Shown: in pieces, positions 9,269 through 18,430 of the stretch
How the letters are laid out: each line of letters begins with the position of its first letter
How positions within the stretch are numbered: the stretch's first letter is position 1
From: Rhodobacterales bacterium
GTDB lineage: Bacteria > Pseudomonadota > Alphaproteobacteria > Rhodobacterales > Rhodobacteraceae
Length of the DNA stretch: 64,000 nt
Assembly (NCBI GenBank): GCA_017303485.1
Contig: JAFLCY010000004.1
Span: forward strand, 6,392 to 70,391
Direction: 5' to 3'
Notes under the pieces: generated by a model
The model's input: only the letters and a program-made list of their open reading frames with translations
What the model was told of the DNA's origin: nothing
The model's database searches: none
Program-made: the position numbers and the translations under genes

Positions 9269-10255
9269 ATGACCGACATCCACCACCTGCCGATGGGTCT
9301 GATGTGGAACATGCCGATCCCCGTGGCCTGTTCGCTTGCCACGGCCAGCCGAGGTCTGGCCGCCAGTTGCGGTCAATGCCCGCTGGACAGCGAAGGCCGG
9401 GTGCTTGCGCCGGGCGATGCGGCGGCGCAAGCGGGGCTGGTGGCCGGGATGATGCAGGGGGTGCTGAAGCACCTGCCAGTGACTCATCACGCCGCCGCGC
9501 TGGTGGTCTACACCGATGCGCCGGATACGGCGACCGTCCTTGTCCCGTTGGCCGCAGCCTTCCCAAACGCCGAGCTTGTTCCGGTCCGCCTGCCACATTT
9601 CTACTACCCCGGCATGACGATCGAGGTCGACCTATACGCCACCTCCGTAGCACCCCGGCGTCTGGTGCAGGCCGATGGTCCGGCCCGGCTGGCGCGGGTG
9701 GCCGGCGGGCCCTTGGAGTTCGTCCGCCTCGCCGCGCCCGACATGAACTCGGCCCTGCGGCTGTTGCAGGGTGTCGATGCGGAACGGCTCCTCTCGGCGC
9801 AGTGGTTCGCCGCCGAGCCGCCGCCTGCCAGCCTGACGCCTGCGCCCGACTCCCGCGTGGTGGTGCCGTCCGGCGCGGGCGTGGCCGCGCTCTTGACCCT
9901 CGCCCCCGGTCCGGTCCGGGCCGAAACCACCCCGGGCGGGGCGATCCTGCGCCGGTCCGGCGCCTTTGCCTGGCTTGCGGCCGAGGGAACCTCTGCCGAC
10001 CTTGCCCGCGCCGCTCATCAGGCGATGGATGCGCTTGCCCTGTCCGGCATTCCCTGCCTGTCCCCGCTCAAGGCCACCACGCATTATGTCGGCGGGCCAA
10101 ATCCAGAGGACCTGCACGCCAACCTCGCCGTCCGCCATGCCCGCTTTCCGATGCCCGGTCCTGCTTCGACCGGCGTAGCCGTGGCAGGCCTTGCCGCCGC
10201 CACTTTGGCCATCGACATGCTGGCCGTGATTGACTCCCCCGCCGTTTCGGCGTAA
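9269..10255 (+). CDS. Tandem Rid (YjgF/RidA-like) domain protein
   Basis: N-domain CGQCPLD..G.VLAPGD...Q ... YYPGMTIEVD. C-domain LKATTHYVG ... PGPASTGV.V.GL. Confidence 0.6.
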   Translation: MTDIHHLPMGLMWNMPIPVACSLATASRGLAASCGQCPLDSEGRVLAPGDAAAQAGLVAGMMQGVLKHLPVTHHAAALVVYTDAPDTATVLVPLAAAFPNAELVPVRLPHFYYPGMTIEVDLYATSVAPRRLVQADGPARLARVAGGPLEFVRLAAPDMNSALRLLQGVDAERLLSAQWFAAEPPPASLTPAPDSRVVVPSGAGVAALLTLAPGPVRAETTPGGAILRRSGAFAWLAAEGTSADLARAAHQAMDALALSGIPCLSPLKATTHYVGGPNPEDLHANLAVRHARFPMPGPASTGVAVAGLAAATLAIDMLAVIDSPAVSA

Positions 10256-10310
10256 CGCCCGATCCGAATTCCCGGAGGCATGCCGCTTCCGGTCCCTTGG
10301 GCATTGCCCG

Positions 10311-10355
10311 GGATCGCCATCCGTCAGCGCGTTGCGCCCACGGGTGCCATTCCGC
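10311..10355 (+). ncRNA. Probable ffh leader RNA motif
   Basis: CCGTCAGCGCGTTGCGCCCACGGGTG forms nested stems about 80 nt upstream of ffh. Resembles the alphaproteobacterial ffh RNA motif from memory; not model-verified. Confidence 0.5.
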
Positions 10356-10430
10356 TTTGCGCCCGGGGCCGGTTTGCAGCCAGCCGTCCGACGCCCCATA
10401 TCGGGGCGACCGCAATGAAAGGGTGACGCA

Positions 10431-11948
10431 ATGTTCGAAAGCCTGTCAGAACGCCTTGGTGGCGTCTTCGACCGCCTGACCAAGGCCGGCGCACTGACCG
10501 AGGCCGACGTCGTCACCGCCCTGCGCGAAGTTCGCGTTGCGCTTCTGGAGGCCGACGTCTCCCTACCCGTCGCTCGCGACTTCATCAAGCGCGTCACCGA
10601 AAAGGCCACTGGCGCTGCCGTCACCAAGTCGATCACCCCCGGCCAGATGGTCGTGAAGATCGTCCATGACGAGCTGATCCGCGTGTTGTCCGGGGACGGC
10701 CCCGCCGATGCCTTGAAGATCGACAACCCGCCCGCGACGATCCTGATGGTCGGCCTTCAGGGCTCGGGCAAGACCACGACCACCGCCAAGCTGGCCAAGC
10801 GGCTGAAAGAGAAGAACGGCAAGAAGGTCCTCCTCGCCTCGCTCGACACCAACCGCCCGGCGGCGATGGAGCAGCTGGCGATCCTTGGTATGCAAATCGG
10901 CGTGGACAGCCTGCCCATCGTCAAGGGCGAAACCGCCGTCCAGATCGCCAAGCGCGCCAAGACCCAAGCCAACCTTGGCGGCTATGACGTCGTCTTCCTC
11001 GACACCGCCGGTCGCCTCCACATCGACGAAGTCCTGATGGACGAGGTGCAATCCGTCCGCGACATCGCCCAGCCGCGCGAAACGCTGCTGGTGGTCGACG
11101 GCCTCACCGGCCAGGATGCCGTCAACGTTGCCACCGAATTCGACGGCAAGGTCGGCATTTCCGGCGTCGTCCTCACCCGGATGGACGGCGACGGTCGCGG
11201 CGGTGCGGCCCTGTCGATGCGCGCCGTCACCGGCAAGCCGATCCGCTTCGTCGGCCTTGGCGAAAAGATGGACGCCATCGAGGTCTTCGAGGCCGAGCGC
11301 GTCGCGGGCCGCATCCTTGGCATGGGCGATATCGTCGCCCTGGTCGAAAAGGCGCAGGAGACCTTCGAGGCCGAACAGGCCGAACGCATGGCCAAGCGCT
11401 TCGCCAAGGGCCTGTTCAACATGAACGACCTGAAGATGCAGCTTGACCAGATGCTGAAGATGGGCGGGATGCAGGGCCTGATGGGCATGATGCCCGGCAT
11501 GGGCAAGATGGCCGGTCAGGCCGAGGCTGCGGGCATCAACGACAAGATGCTCCACCACCAGATCGCGCTGATCAACTCGATGACCAAGAAGGAACGTGCG
11601 AACCCCGACCTCCTCGCCGCCTCCCGCAAGAAGCGCATCGCCGCCGGTGCGGGCCTCGACGTTGCCGATCTCAACCGCCTGCTGAAACAGCACAAGCAGA
11701 TGGCGGACATGATGAAGAAGATGGGCAAGGGCGGCATGATGAAGAACATGGTCAAGCAGTTCCTTGGCAAGGGCGGCATGCCCGACCCGTCGAAGATGTC
11801 GCCCGAGCAACTGGCGGAAATGGCCAAGGGCATGCAGCAGGGCGGCGGCCTCGGCGGCATGGGTGGCGGGCTTCCCCCCGGCATGGGCGGCCTGCCGCGC
11901 GGCATCACCTTGCCTGCGGGCCTGTCGGGGTTGATGAAGAAGAAATGA
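10431..11948 (+). CDS. ffh: Signal recognition particle protein
   Basis: MFESLSERL, GLQGSGKTTT, DTAGR, DGDGRGGAALS, RILGMGD, Met-rich M domain. Confidence 0.98.
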   Translation: MFESLSERLGGVFDRLTKAGALTEADVVTALREVRVALLEADVSLPVARDFIKRVTEKATGAAVTKSITPGQMVVKIVHDELIRVLSGDGPADALKIDNPPATILMVGLQGSGKTTTTAKLAKRLKEKNGKKVLLASLDTNRPAAMEQLAILGMQIGVDSLPIVKGETAVQIAKRAKTQANLGGYDVVFLDTAGRLHIDEVLMDEVQSVRDIAQPRETLLVVDGLTGQDAVNVATEFDGKVGISGVVLTRMDGDGRGGAALSMRAVTGKPIRFVGLGEKMDAIEVFEAERVAGRILGMGDIVALVEKAQETFEAEQAERMAKRFAKGLFNMNDLKMQLDQMLKMGGMQGLMGMMPGMGKMAGQAEAAGINDKMLHHQIALINSMTKKERANPDLLAASRKKRIAAGAGLDVADLNRLLKQHKQMADMMKKMGKGGMMKNMVKQFLGKGGMPDPSKMSPEQLAEMAKGMQQGGGLGGMGGGLPPGMGGLPRGITLPAGLSGLMKKK

Positions 11949-12490
11949 CCTATGTTCTGGCACAGGATGGCGAAGGCCGCCCGGTCCTTGAGACCGCGCG
12001 TCTGCGCCTGCGTGTGCCGAACGCCTCGGACATCGCCCCCAGCGCCCGGTTCTGGGCCTCGGAACGCTCACATATGATGGGCGGCCCCTGGACTCTGGAC
12101 CAGTTGAAGGCCGAGCATCAGGGCCTGCTGGACCAGTGGCAGCGCCACGGCTTTTCGCTTTTCACCGTGACCCGCAAGGGCGACGAAACCGGCATCGGCG
12201 GCATCGGCCCGTTCTTCCCGGAAGCCCATCCCGAACCGGAATTGGGCTGGAGCCTGTGGCGCGCCGAGGACGAAGGGCAGGGTCTTGCCTATGAGGCAGC
12301 CGCAGCCGCCCGCGACTGGTTCTTTGCCACCAGTGGCCACCGCACCGCCGTCAGCTACACCGACCCGGACAACCTCCGCTCGCACCGGCTGTGCGAACGG
12401 CTGGGCGGGGTGGTCGACCCCGACGCCGTGCATCCCTATGGCGATGAGCCGAACCTGACCTACCGCTATCACGCCGGGGGTGCCGCATGA
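11945..12490 (+). CDS. RimJ/RimL-family GNAT acetyltransferase (1 of 5)
   Basis: LETARLRLR, PEPELGW, EGQGLAYEAA, DPDNLRS..L.ERLG. Confidence 0.88.
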   Translation: MTYVLAQDGEGRPVLETARLRLRVPNASDIAPSARFWASERSHMMGGPWTLDQLKAEHQGLLDQWQRHGFSLFTVTRKGDETGIGGIGPFFPEAHPEPELGWSLWRAEDEGQGLAYEAAAAARDWFFATSGHRTAVSYTDPDNLRSHRLCERLGGVVDPDAVHPYGDEPNLTYRYHAGGAA

Positions 12491-13023
12491 TAACGCGCCC
12501 CGCCCATATTGCCCATCCCACCGCTCCGGTTCTGGAAACCGAACGTCTCCGCCTGCGGATGCCGGTCCATGCCGATTTCGCCCATCGCCGGGACTTCTAC
12601 GCCAAGGAACGCTCGGTCTGGGAAGGTGGTCCGTTCTCCGCCGAACAGGCCTGGCGCATCTTTGCCTCGGAAGTCGGGCAATGGCCGCTGTACGGCTTCG
12701 GCCCCTTCTCCATCGAGGATACCGCGACGGGCGACTACCTCGGCGAGGTTGGCATCTACCAGCCCGAGGGCTACCCCGAACCGGAACTTGGCTGGTTCGT
12801 CACCGAAGCCGCCGAAGGCCGGGGCATTGCTGCCGAAGCCGCCCGGGCCGTGATGCAATGGGCCGCCAGCACCTTTGGTTGGGACCATATCGACAACTAC
12901 ATCGACCCCGGCAACGCCCGCTCCATCGCGCTGGGCCTGCGGCTTGGCGGTGTGAAGGTCGAAGCCCGGGGCGCGGACCCGACCGACGTGGTGATCCGGC
13001 ACGACTTGCGGGGGCTGGCATGA
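12487..13023 (+). CDS. RimJ/RimL-family GNAT acetyltransferase (2 of 5)
   Basis: LETERLRLR, PEPELGW, EGRGIAAEAA, IDPGNARSIAL. Confidence 0.88.
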   Translation: MITRPAHIAHPTAPVLETERLRLRMPVHADFAHRRDFYAKERSVWEGGPFSAEQAWRIFASEVGQWPLYGFGPFSIEDTATGDYLGEVGIYQPEGYPEPELGWFVTEAAEGRGIAAEAARAVMQWAASTFGWDHIDNYIDPGNARSIALGLRLGGVKVEARGADPTDVVIRHDLRGLA

Positions 13024-13544
13024 CCCTGACCGCTGCCCCCCGGATCGAGACCGACCGACTGATCCTCCGCGGCCCCGAAGCGCGGGATTTTGAGCCCGTC
13101 GCCGCCTTCTACGCCGATGCCGAGCGTTCCTGGGGCTTTGGCGGGCCCCAGAACCGCAATGAGGCCTGGCGCTGGTTCGCCAGCCTGATCGGCCATTGGG
13201 CTTTGCGCGGCTATGGCTTCTGGATGGTCGAGACTCGTGCTGGCGAAACCGTTGGCATGGTCGGCCTCTGGGAACCCGAAGGCTGGCCCGAGCCGGAACT
13301 CGGCTGGGTGATGTTCGAGAATGGCGAGGGCAGGGGCTACGCGTTCGAGGCCGCCCTTGCTGCGCGCCGCCACGCCTATGCCACGCTGGGCCTCCCCGCT
13401 CTCAGCAGCAACATCTTTCCGGGCAATCAGCGCTCGGTCGCTTTGGCCGAACGGATGGGCGCGCACAAGGAGCGGGAATACAACAACGTCAGCCATGGCA
13501 CCGAAATGGTCTACCGCCATCCCGGGCCGGAGGCGTTGGCATGA
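13020..13544 (+). CDS. RimJ/RimL-family GNAT acetyltransferase (3 of 5)
   Basis: Starts MTLTAAPRIETDRLILR; GHWALRGYG, PEPELGW, EGRGYAFEAA. Confidence 0.88.
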   Translation: MTLTAAPRIETDRLILRGPEARDFEPVAAFYADAERSWGFGGPQNRNEAWRWFASLIGHWALRGYGFWMVETRAGETVGMVGLWEPEGWPEPELGWVMFENGEGRGYAFEAALAARRHAYATLGLPALSSNIFPGNQRSVALAERMGAHKEREYNNVSHGTEMVYRHPGPEALA

Positions 13545-14068
13545 CCTACGCGATGCGCCTGCCCATTCCCACCCTGACGACCGAGCGTCTGATCCTCCGC
13601 GCCCCACGCGAGGCGGACTTTCCGGCCATGCTCGCCTTCAACGACAGCCCGCGTTCCGCTTTCGTTGGCGGCGGTGCCCCCCGCATGCAGATCTGGCGCG
13701 GGCTTCTGGCCAATATCGGCCACTGGGCGCTGCGCGGCCACGGCTTCTATTCGGTCGACACCAGGGCGGGCGATTTCATCGGCCGCGTCGGCGTGATCTA
13801 CCACGACGGCTGGGACGAACCCGAACTCGGCTGGCACCTCTACGACGGCCATGAAGGCCAGGGCTTCTGCGTCGAGGCCGCCCGCGCCGCCAAGGCCGAC
13901 TATCACGCCCGCCTGACCCCGGCGCCATTGATCAGCTACATCGACCCGGCCAATCCGAAGTCCGAGGCTGTCGCCCGCCGCCTTGGGGCAGCGCCTGAAC
14001 GCGAAAGGGTGTTCTTCGACAAGAAGATCAACGTCTGGCGCCACCCCGGTCCGGAGGCGCACACATGA
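13541..14068 (+). CDS. RimJ/RimL-family GNAT acetyltransferase (4 of 5)
   Basis: Starts MTYAMRLPIPTLTTERLILR; GHWALRGHG, DEPELGW, IDPANPKS. Confidence 0.88.
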   Translation: MTYAMRLPIPTLTTERLILRAPREADFPAMLAFNDSPRSAFVGGGAPRMQIWRGLLANIGHWALRGHGFYSVDTRAGDFIGRVGVIYHDGWDEPELGWHLYDGHEGQGFCVEAARAAKADYHARLTPAPLISYIDPANPKSEAVARRLGAAPERERVFFDKKINVWRHPGPEAHT

Positions 14069-14676
14069 TCCGCGCACCGCACGAGATCGCCATTCCCGGC
14101 CCCGCTGCTACCTTTGCGGCCTCGCTTTCCGGCCTCCTGCCCGAGATCGAGACCGCCCGCCTGTGCCTGCGTGCCCCCCGGCTCTCGGACTTCGATGCCT
14201 GGGCCGAGATCCTGACCGGCCCCGCCGCCCCGCATCTTGGCGGGCCGTTCACCCGCGACGATGCCTTCACCGAGTTCCTCGCCGCCTGCGGTACCTGGCT
14301 GCTGCGCGGGCACGGTCCCTGGACGGTGGAGCCGAAGGGCGGCGGCGACATCCTTGGCTTCGTGCTTCTGGGCTTCGAGCCCGGCGATGCCGAGCCCGAG
14401 CTTGGCTATCTGTTCCGCCCTTCCGCCGAAGGTCGGGGCTATGCGTCCGAGGCCGTGCAGGCCGCCCGAACCCATGCCTTCACCGCGCTGGGGCTTGCCC
14501 GTGTGGTCAGCTACATCGCGCCGGAAAACACACCGTCGATCCGTCTCGCCCGTCGTGTCGGAGCCGCACAGGACGGTATGCACGACGGCTCGCAGGTCTG
14601 GGTTCACCGGCCCGCCAGCCAGGCGCTTGCCACACAGATGCCAGACGCATCCCAGACACCGCAGAGGGGGGACTGA
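14065..14676 (+). CDS. RimJ/RimL-family GNAT acetyltransferase (5 of 5)
   Basis: IETARLCLR, EPELGY, EGRGYASEA, IAPENTPSIRLA. Confidence 0.88.
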   Translation: MIRAPHEIAIPGPAATFAASLSGLLPEIETARLCLRAPRLSDFDAWAEILTGPAAPHLGGPFTRDDAFTEFLAACGTWLLRGHGPWTVEPKGGGDILGFVLLGFEPGDAEPELGYLFRPSAEGRGYASEAVQAARTHAFTALGLARVVSYIAPENTPSIRLARRVGAAQDGMHDGSQVWVHRPASQALATQMPDASQTPQRGD

Positions 14677-14969
14677 TGGACGCCGCAACCCGCGCTTCCG
14701 AGCTGTTGAAAGACCATCGCGCCTCGATCGACCGGCTCGATGCGATCCTCGTCTACACGCTTGCCGAACGCTTCAAACAGACCCAGGCGGTCGGTCGTCT
14801 GAAGGCCGAACACGACCTGCCGCCCTCGGACCCGGACCGTGAGGCCCGGCAAATGGCGCGGCTTGACCAACTGGCGACCGAGGCCGACCTCGACCCCGAC
14901 CTCGCCAAGAAATTCCTGACCTTCATCATCAGCGAAGTCATCAGGCATCACGAGAAACTACAGAAATGA
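14676..14969 (+). CDS. Stand-alone AroQ-type chorismate mutase
   Basis: [19 protein letters not shown]...[15 protein letters not shown]. Usual ffh-rpsP context in alphaproteobacteria. Confidence 0.88.
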   Translation: MDAATRASELLKDHRASIDRLDAILVYTLAERFKQTQAVGRLKAEHDLPPSDPDREARQMARLDQLATEADLDPDLAKKFLTFIISEVIRHHEKLQK

Positions 14970-15027
14970 CAACCCGGTAGTGTGGGCAATCTGCCCACGC
15001 TGCGCAGCCATTCAAAGGAGAAAACCC

Positions 15028-15381
15028 ATGGCTATGAAAATCCGTCTCGCGCGCGGTGGTTCCAAGAAGCGCCCGTTCTATTCCATCGTCGCCACCGACT
15101 CGCGCATGCCGCGCGACGGCCGCTTCCTGGAAAAGCTCGGCACCTACAACCCGCTGCTCGCCAAGGACGACGAAAAGCGCGTCGTGATGAACCTCGAGCG
15201 CGTGAACCACTGGCTGTCGCAGGGCGCGCAACCCACTGACCGGATTGCACGTTTCCTCGAAGCCGCTGGTGTCCGTCCGAAAGCCGCCCGCTCGAACCCC
15301 AAGACTGGCACCCCCGGCAAGGCGATGGCCGAGCGCGCCGCCAAGAAGGCCGCCCGTTCCGCCGAACCGGCTGCCGAGTGA
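15028..15381 (+). CDS. rpsP: 30S ribosomal protein S16
   Basis: [18 protein letters not shown]...[23 protein letters not shown]. Confidence 0.98.
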   Translation: MAMKIRLARGGSKKRPFYSIVATDSRMPRDGRFLEKLGTYNPLLAKDDEKRVVMNLERVNHWLSQGAQPTDRIARFLEAAGVRPKAARSNPKTGTPGKAMAERAAKKAARSAEPAAE

Positions 15382-15385
15382 CCCC

Positions 15386-16018
15386 ATGACCGGTCAGTTC
15401 AGCCCTGCCTTCCGGGAGGAACTGGCCGCTCTCATGCGGTGGCGGCGCGACGTGCGCCGCTTCCGCACCGACCCCGTTCCCGAAGACCTGCTGGCCCGCT
15501 GCCTGCAGGCCTTCACCCTCGCGCCCTCGGTTGGCCTCAGCGAACCCTGGCGCATCCTCCGGCTGGACAGCCCGCGCCTGCGGGCCCATTGCCACGAGAA
15601 TTTCCGCGCCGCCAACGCGCGCGCCCTGACCGGGCAGGATGGCGAGCGCGCCGCGATCTACAGCCGCCTCAAGCTCTCGGGCATGGCCGAGGCGCCGATC
15701 CACCTTGCCGTCTTCTGCGACGATGCCACCGCGAAGGGCGGGGGCCTTGGTGCCGCCACCATGCCGGAAACCCGCGCCTATTCCGTCGTGGGGGCCATCA
15801 CGCTGTTCTGGCTTACCCTCCGTGCCGCAGGCCTTGGCCTTGGCTGGGTCTCGATCCTTGACCCCGACCGCTTGCGGCTTGACCTTGACGTGCCTGAAGA
15901 CTGGCGTTTCATCGGCTATCTCTGCATTGGCTGGCCGGAGAAGGAGGATACCGTGCCCGAACTGGAACGCGTCGGCTGGGAAACCCGCGCCCCCGCCCTG
16001 CATCTGGAGACCCGCTGA
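15386..16018 (+). CDS. bluB: 5,6-dimethylbenzimidazole synthase
   Basis: WRRDVRRF, APSVGLSEPWR, YSRLKLSG, MPET..YS, GLGWVSIL. Confidence 0.93.
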   Translation: MTGQFSPAFREELAALMRWRRDVRRFRTDPVPEDLLARCLQAFTLAPSVGLSEPWRILRLDSPRLRAHCHENFRAANARALTGQDGERAAIYSRLKLSGMAEAPIHLAVFCDDATAKGGGLGAATMPETRAYSVVGAITLFWLTLRAAGLGLGWVSILDPDRLRLDLDVPEDWRFIGYLCIGWPEKEDTVPELERVGWETRAPALHLETR

Positions 16019-16524
16019 TGTCCGACCTCATCTGCATCGGTGCCATTGCCGGGGCGTTTGGCGTCGCGGGCGAAGTGCGGCTGAAGTCGTTCTGCTCGGA
16101 ACCCACCGATATCGCCACCTACGGCCCGCTCTCGACCGAAGACGGCAGCCGCAGCTTCCAGATCACCCTGACCCGCCCGGTCTCCGGCGGCCTTGGTGCG
16201 CGGATCGAGGGCGTGAAGACCAAGGAACAGGCCGATGCGCTGCGCGGCACCAGCCTCTACGTCCCGCGTGACCGGCTGCCCTCGCTGCCCGACGATGAGT
16301 TCTACCATGCCGACCTGATCGGCCTCGACGCCTATGATCCGGGGGGCGAGCTGATCGGCAAGGTCACTGCCATCTACAATCATGGGGCCGGCGATATCAT
16401 CGAAATATCGCCTACGCGTCATAAATCGGCCCTGCTTTTGCCCTTTACCACGGCAATCGTGCCCAATGTCGATCTGGCAGCAGGCCGCGCTGTTGTGAAC
16501 CTGCCCGACGACTCTGACGAGTGA
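16018..16524 (+). CDS. rimM: Ribosome maturation factor RimM
   Basis: GAIAGAFGVAGEVRLKSF, DEFYHADLIG, NHGAGD, LLPFT. Confidence 0.96.
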   Translation: MSDLICIGAIAGAFGVAGEVRLKSFCSEPTDIATYGPLSTEDGSRSFQITLTRPVSGGLGARIEGVKTKEQADALRGTSLYVPRDRLPSLPDDEFYHADLIGLDAYDPGGELIGKVTAIYNHGAGDIIEISPTRHKSALLLPFTTAIVPNVDLAAGRAVVNLPDDSDE

Positions 16525-16568
16525 GCGCGCCACCCCAGGGGGCGCGCGTTGGATGGGAAGGTGGACAC

Positions 16569-17543
16569 ATGCTGACACGCATGCGCCTTGTGAAGGGTGC
16601 GACCGCACTGCTCTACATCGGGCCACTGATCGCCGGGCTTTGCGGATTCGGCTGGGACATGGTCGCCTCTTTCACCGCGATCTTCGTGGTCTGGCTGATG
16701 GTCCTGCGTCCCGAGCAATGGCCCACCTCGCCATCCGAATGGCAGAGCGGCCAGGCCTGGCTTGCCGCGCTGGCGCAGGTCCTGTCGCAGATCCTTCTGG
16801 TTGCCGTCCTGTTCGGCATCGGCCGTGGTATTGGCGGGCTGGCGAACATCGGCGCTTTGACCATCAATCCGATCCTGCCTCTGGCGGTGTCCTTTGTGTC
16901 CATTCCGCTTTGTCGCATGCTCTGGGACGCAAACGAGGCCGCGAGCCAGGGCTATTTCCTGGATGACGAGGCCGAATTCGCCCATGCCGACAATGCCGCC
17001 GGACAGGCGGCGACCGCGGTCATCCCGCTTCTGAACCTTTCCGACACCGCCCCCGACGCCCAGGTGGCCACGGCCGTTGCCACCGCGCTGGACGTGCCCG
17101 CCGCCGCAATGCGGCTGAACGCCGTGACAGCAGCCCTTGCCCATCCCGATCGCAGCCACGCCGCCCTGCGCCGCGCGCTTCTGCTTTGGGCGACCGAGCC
17201 CGAGATCGTCGCCCCGGGCCAGATTCCGGGCAGCATGGCCAATGCGTTCCGCATTGCAGATGGCAATCTTGATCTCCTGCGCCTCTATGTCCCACGGGCC
17301 ATGGCGCTGATCACGGCCTTTCCGAACCGCGCCGGGGATTTTCCTGATCCTGCCGATCTTGTCGCGGCCGCCGATGCCGGAAACTCGTCGGAGTCCGACC
17401 TGCCGGTCCATCTTCAGGCCGACCTTCGCGACGGGTTGCGCGCCCTTGCGCGGTCGGTCGAAGCGGCGCTGGAGGCTTCGGCCCAGCCCCCGGCCCGCCA
17501 GGACCTGGAGCCGAGGGTTGCGCAGGCGCGCCGAACCGCCTGA
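16569..17543 (+). CDS. Hypothetical membrane protein (N-terminal TM helices, Ala-rich helical C-domain)
   Basis: Long ORF with host-like codon usage, AAGGTGG RBS-like site and about 4 hydrophobic segments. Confidence 0.7.
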   Translation: MLTRMRLVKGATALLYIGPLIAGLCGFGWDMVASFTAIFVVWLMVLRPEQWPTSPSEWQSGQAWLAALAQVLSQILLVAVLFGIGRGIGGLANIGALTINPILPLAVSFVSIPLCRMLWDANEAASQGYFLDDEAEFAHADNAAGQAATAVIPLLNLSDTAPDAQVATAVATALDVPAAAMRLNAVTAALAHPDRSHAALRRALLLWATEPEIVAPGQIPGSMANAFRIADGNLDLLRLYVPRAMALITAFPNRAGDFPDPADLVAAADAGNSSESDLPVHLQADLRDGLRALARSVEAALEASAQPPARQDLEPRVAQARRTA

Positions 17544-17586
17544 TCCGGGGCTTCCCCGCACCGGGCTTTCGCGTTAAGCCCGGCCC

Positions 17587-18396
17587 ATGTCAGACGCCGC
17601 AGACACCCCGAAAAGCCATGGTCGCCTGTCGATCCGCGCCAGCCTGAAGCCCCGCGACCTGATGGAGGAGCCGCGGCTGGTGAAGGGTGCCTTTGTCGCC
17701 AAGGTCATCACGCTTTTCCCCGACGCTTTCCCCGGCACGCTGGGCCTGTCGCTGACCGGCAAGGCGCTTGACCTTGGCCTCTGGCACCTCGATCCCATCG
17801 ACCTGCGCCCCTTCGGCGAGGGTAAGCACCGCAATGTCGACGACACCCCCGCCGGGGGCGGCGCAGGCATGGTCCTGCGCCCCGATGTCGTGGACGCCGC
17901 CCTCCGCCATGCCCGCGAGGGCACGCCGGTGGATCGCGCCCGCTGGCCGGTCGTCTACCTCTCCCCGCGCGGGGCGCCCTTCACGCAAGCCACCGCCCGC
18001 CGCTTCGCCGCCGCCGAGGGGATCACCCTGCTCTGCGGCCGGTTCGAGGGGGTGGACCAGCGCGTCCTCGACCATCACAGGGTCGAAGAGGTCTCGCTCG
18101 GCGATTTTGTCCTGACCGGGGGCGAGATCGCGGCGCAGGCCATGCTGGATGCCACCATCCGCCTCTTGCCCGGCGTCCTCGGCAACGCCGCCTCGACCGA
18201 GGAGGAAAGTTTTTCCGACGGGCTTCTGGAGCATCCACAATACACCCGCCCCGCCGTCTGGGAGGGGCTGGAGATTCCCGCCGTCCTGCAATCGGGCAAC
18301 CATGCCGAAATCGCGAAATGGCGCCGCGCCGAAGCCGAGGCCCTGACCCGCGCCCGCCGCCCGGATCTGTGGGAAGCACATCAACGCCGCAAGTGA
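17587..18396 (+). CDS. trmD: tRNA (guanine37-N1)-methyltransferase
   Basis: ITLFPDAF, VDDTPAGGGAGMV, CGRFEGVDQR, SLGDFVLTGGE, LLEHPQYTRP. Confidence 0.97.
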   Translation: MSDAADTPKSHGRLSIRASLKPRDLMEEPRLVKGAFVAKVITLFPDAFPGTLGLSLTGKALDLGLWHLDPIDLRPFGEGKHRNVDDTPAGGGAGMVLRPDVVDAALRHAREGTPVDRARWPVVYLSPRGAPFTQATARRFAAAEGITLLCGRFEGVDQRVLDHHRVEEVSLGDFVLTGGEIAAQAMLDATIRLLPGVLGNAASTEEESFSDGLLEHPQYTRPAVWEGLEIPAVLQSGNHAEIAKWRRAEAEALTRARRPDLWEAHQRRK

Positions 18397-18430
18397 CCGG
18401 CGACGCGATGATTTCGGGCGTTTGGCCGCG

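Noticed and set aside
11700-11948. Gly/Met-rich low-complexity repeats at the ffh 3' end
   Set aside because: Normal M-domain tail of Ffh, not a DNA repeat element.
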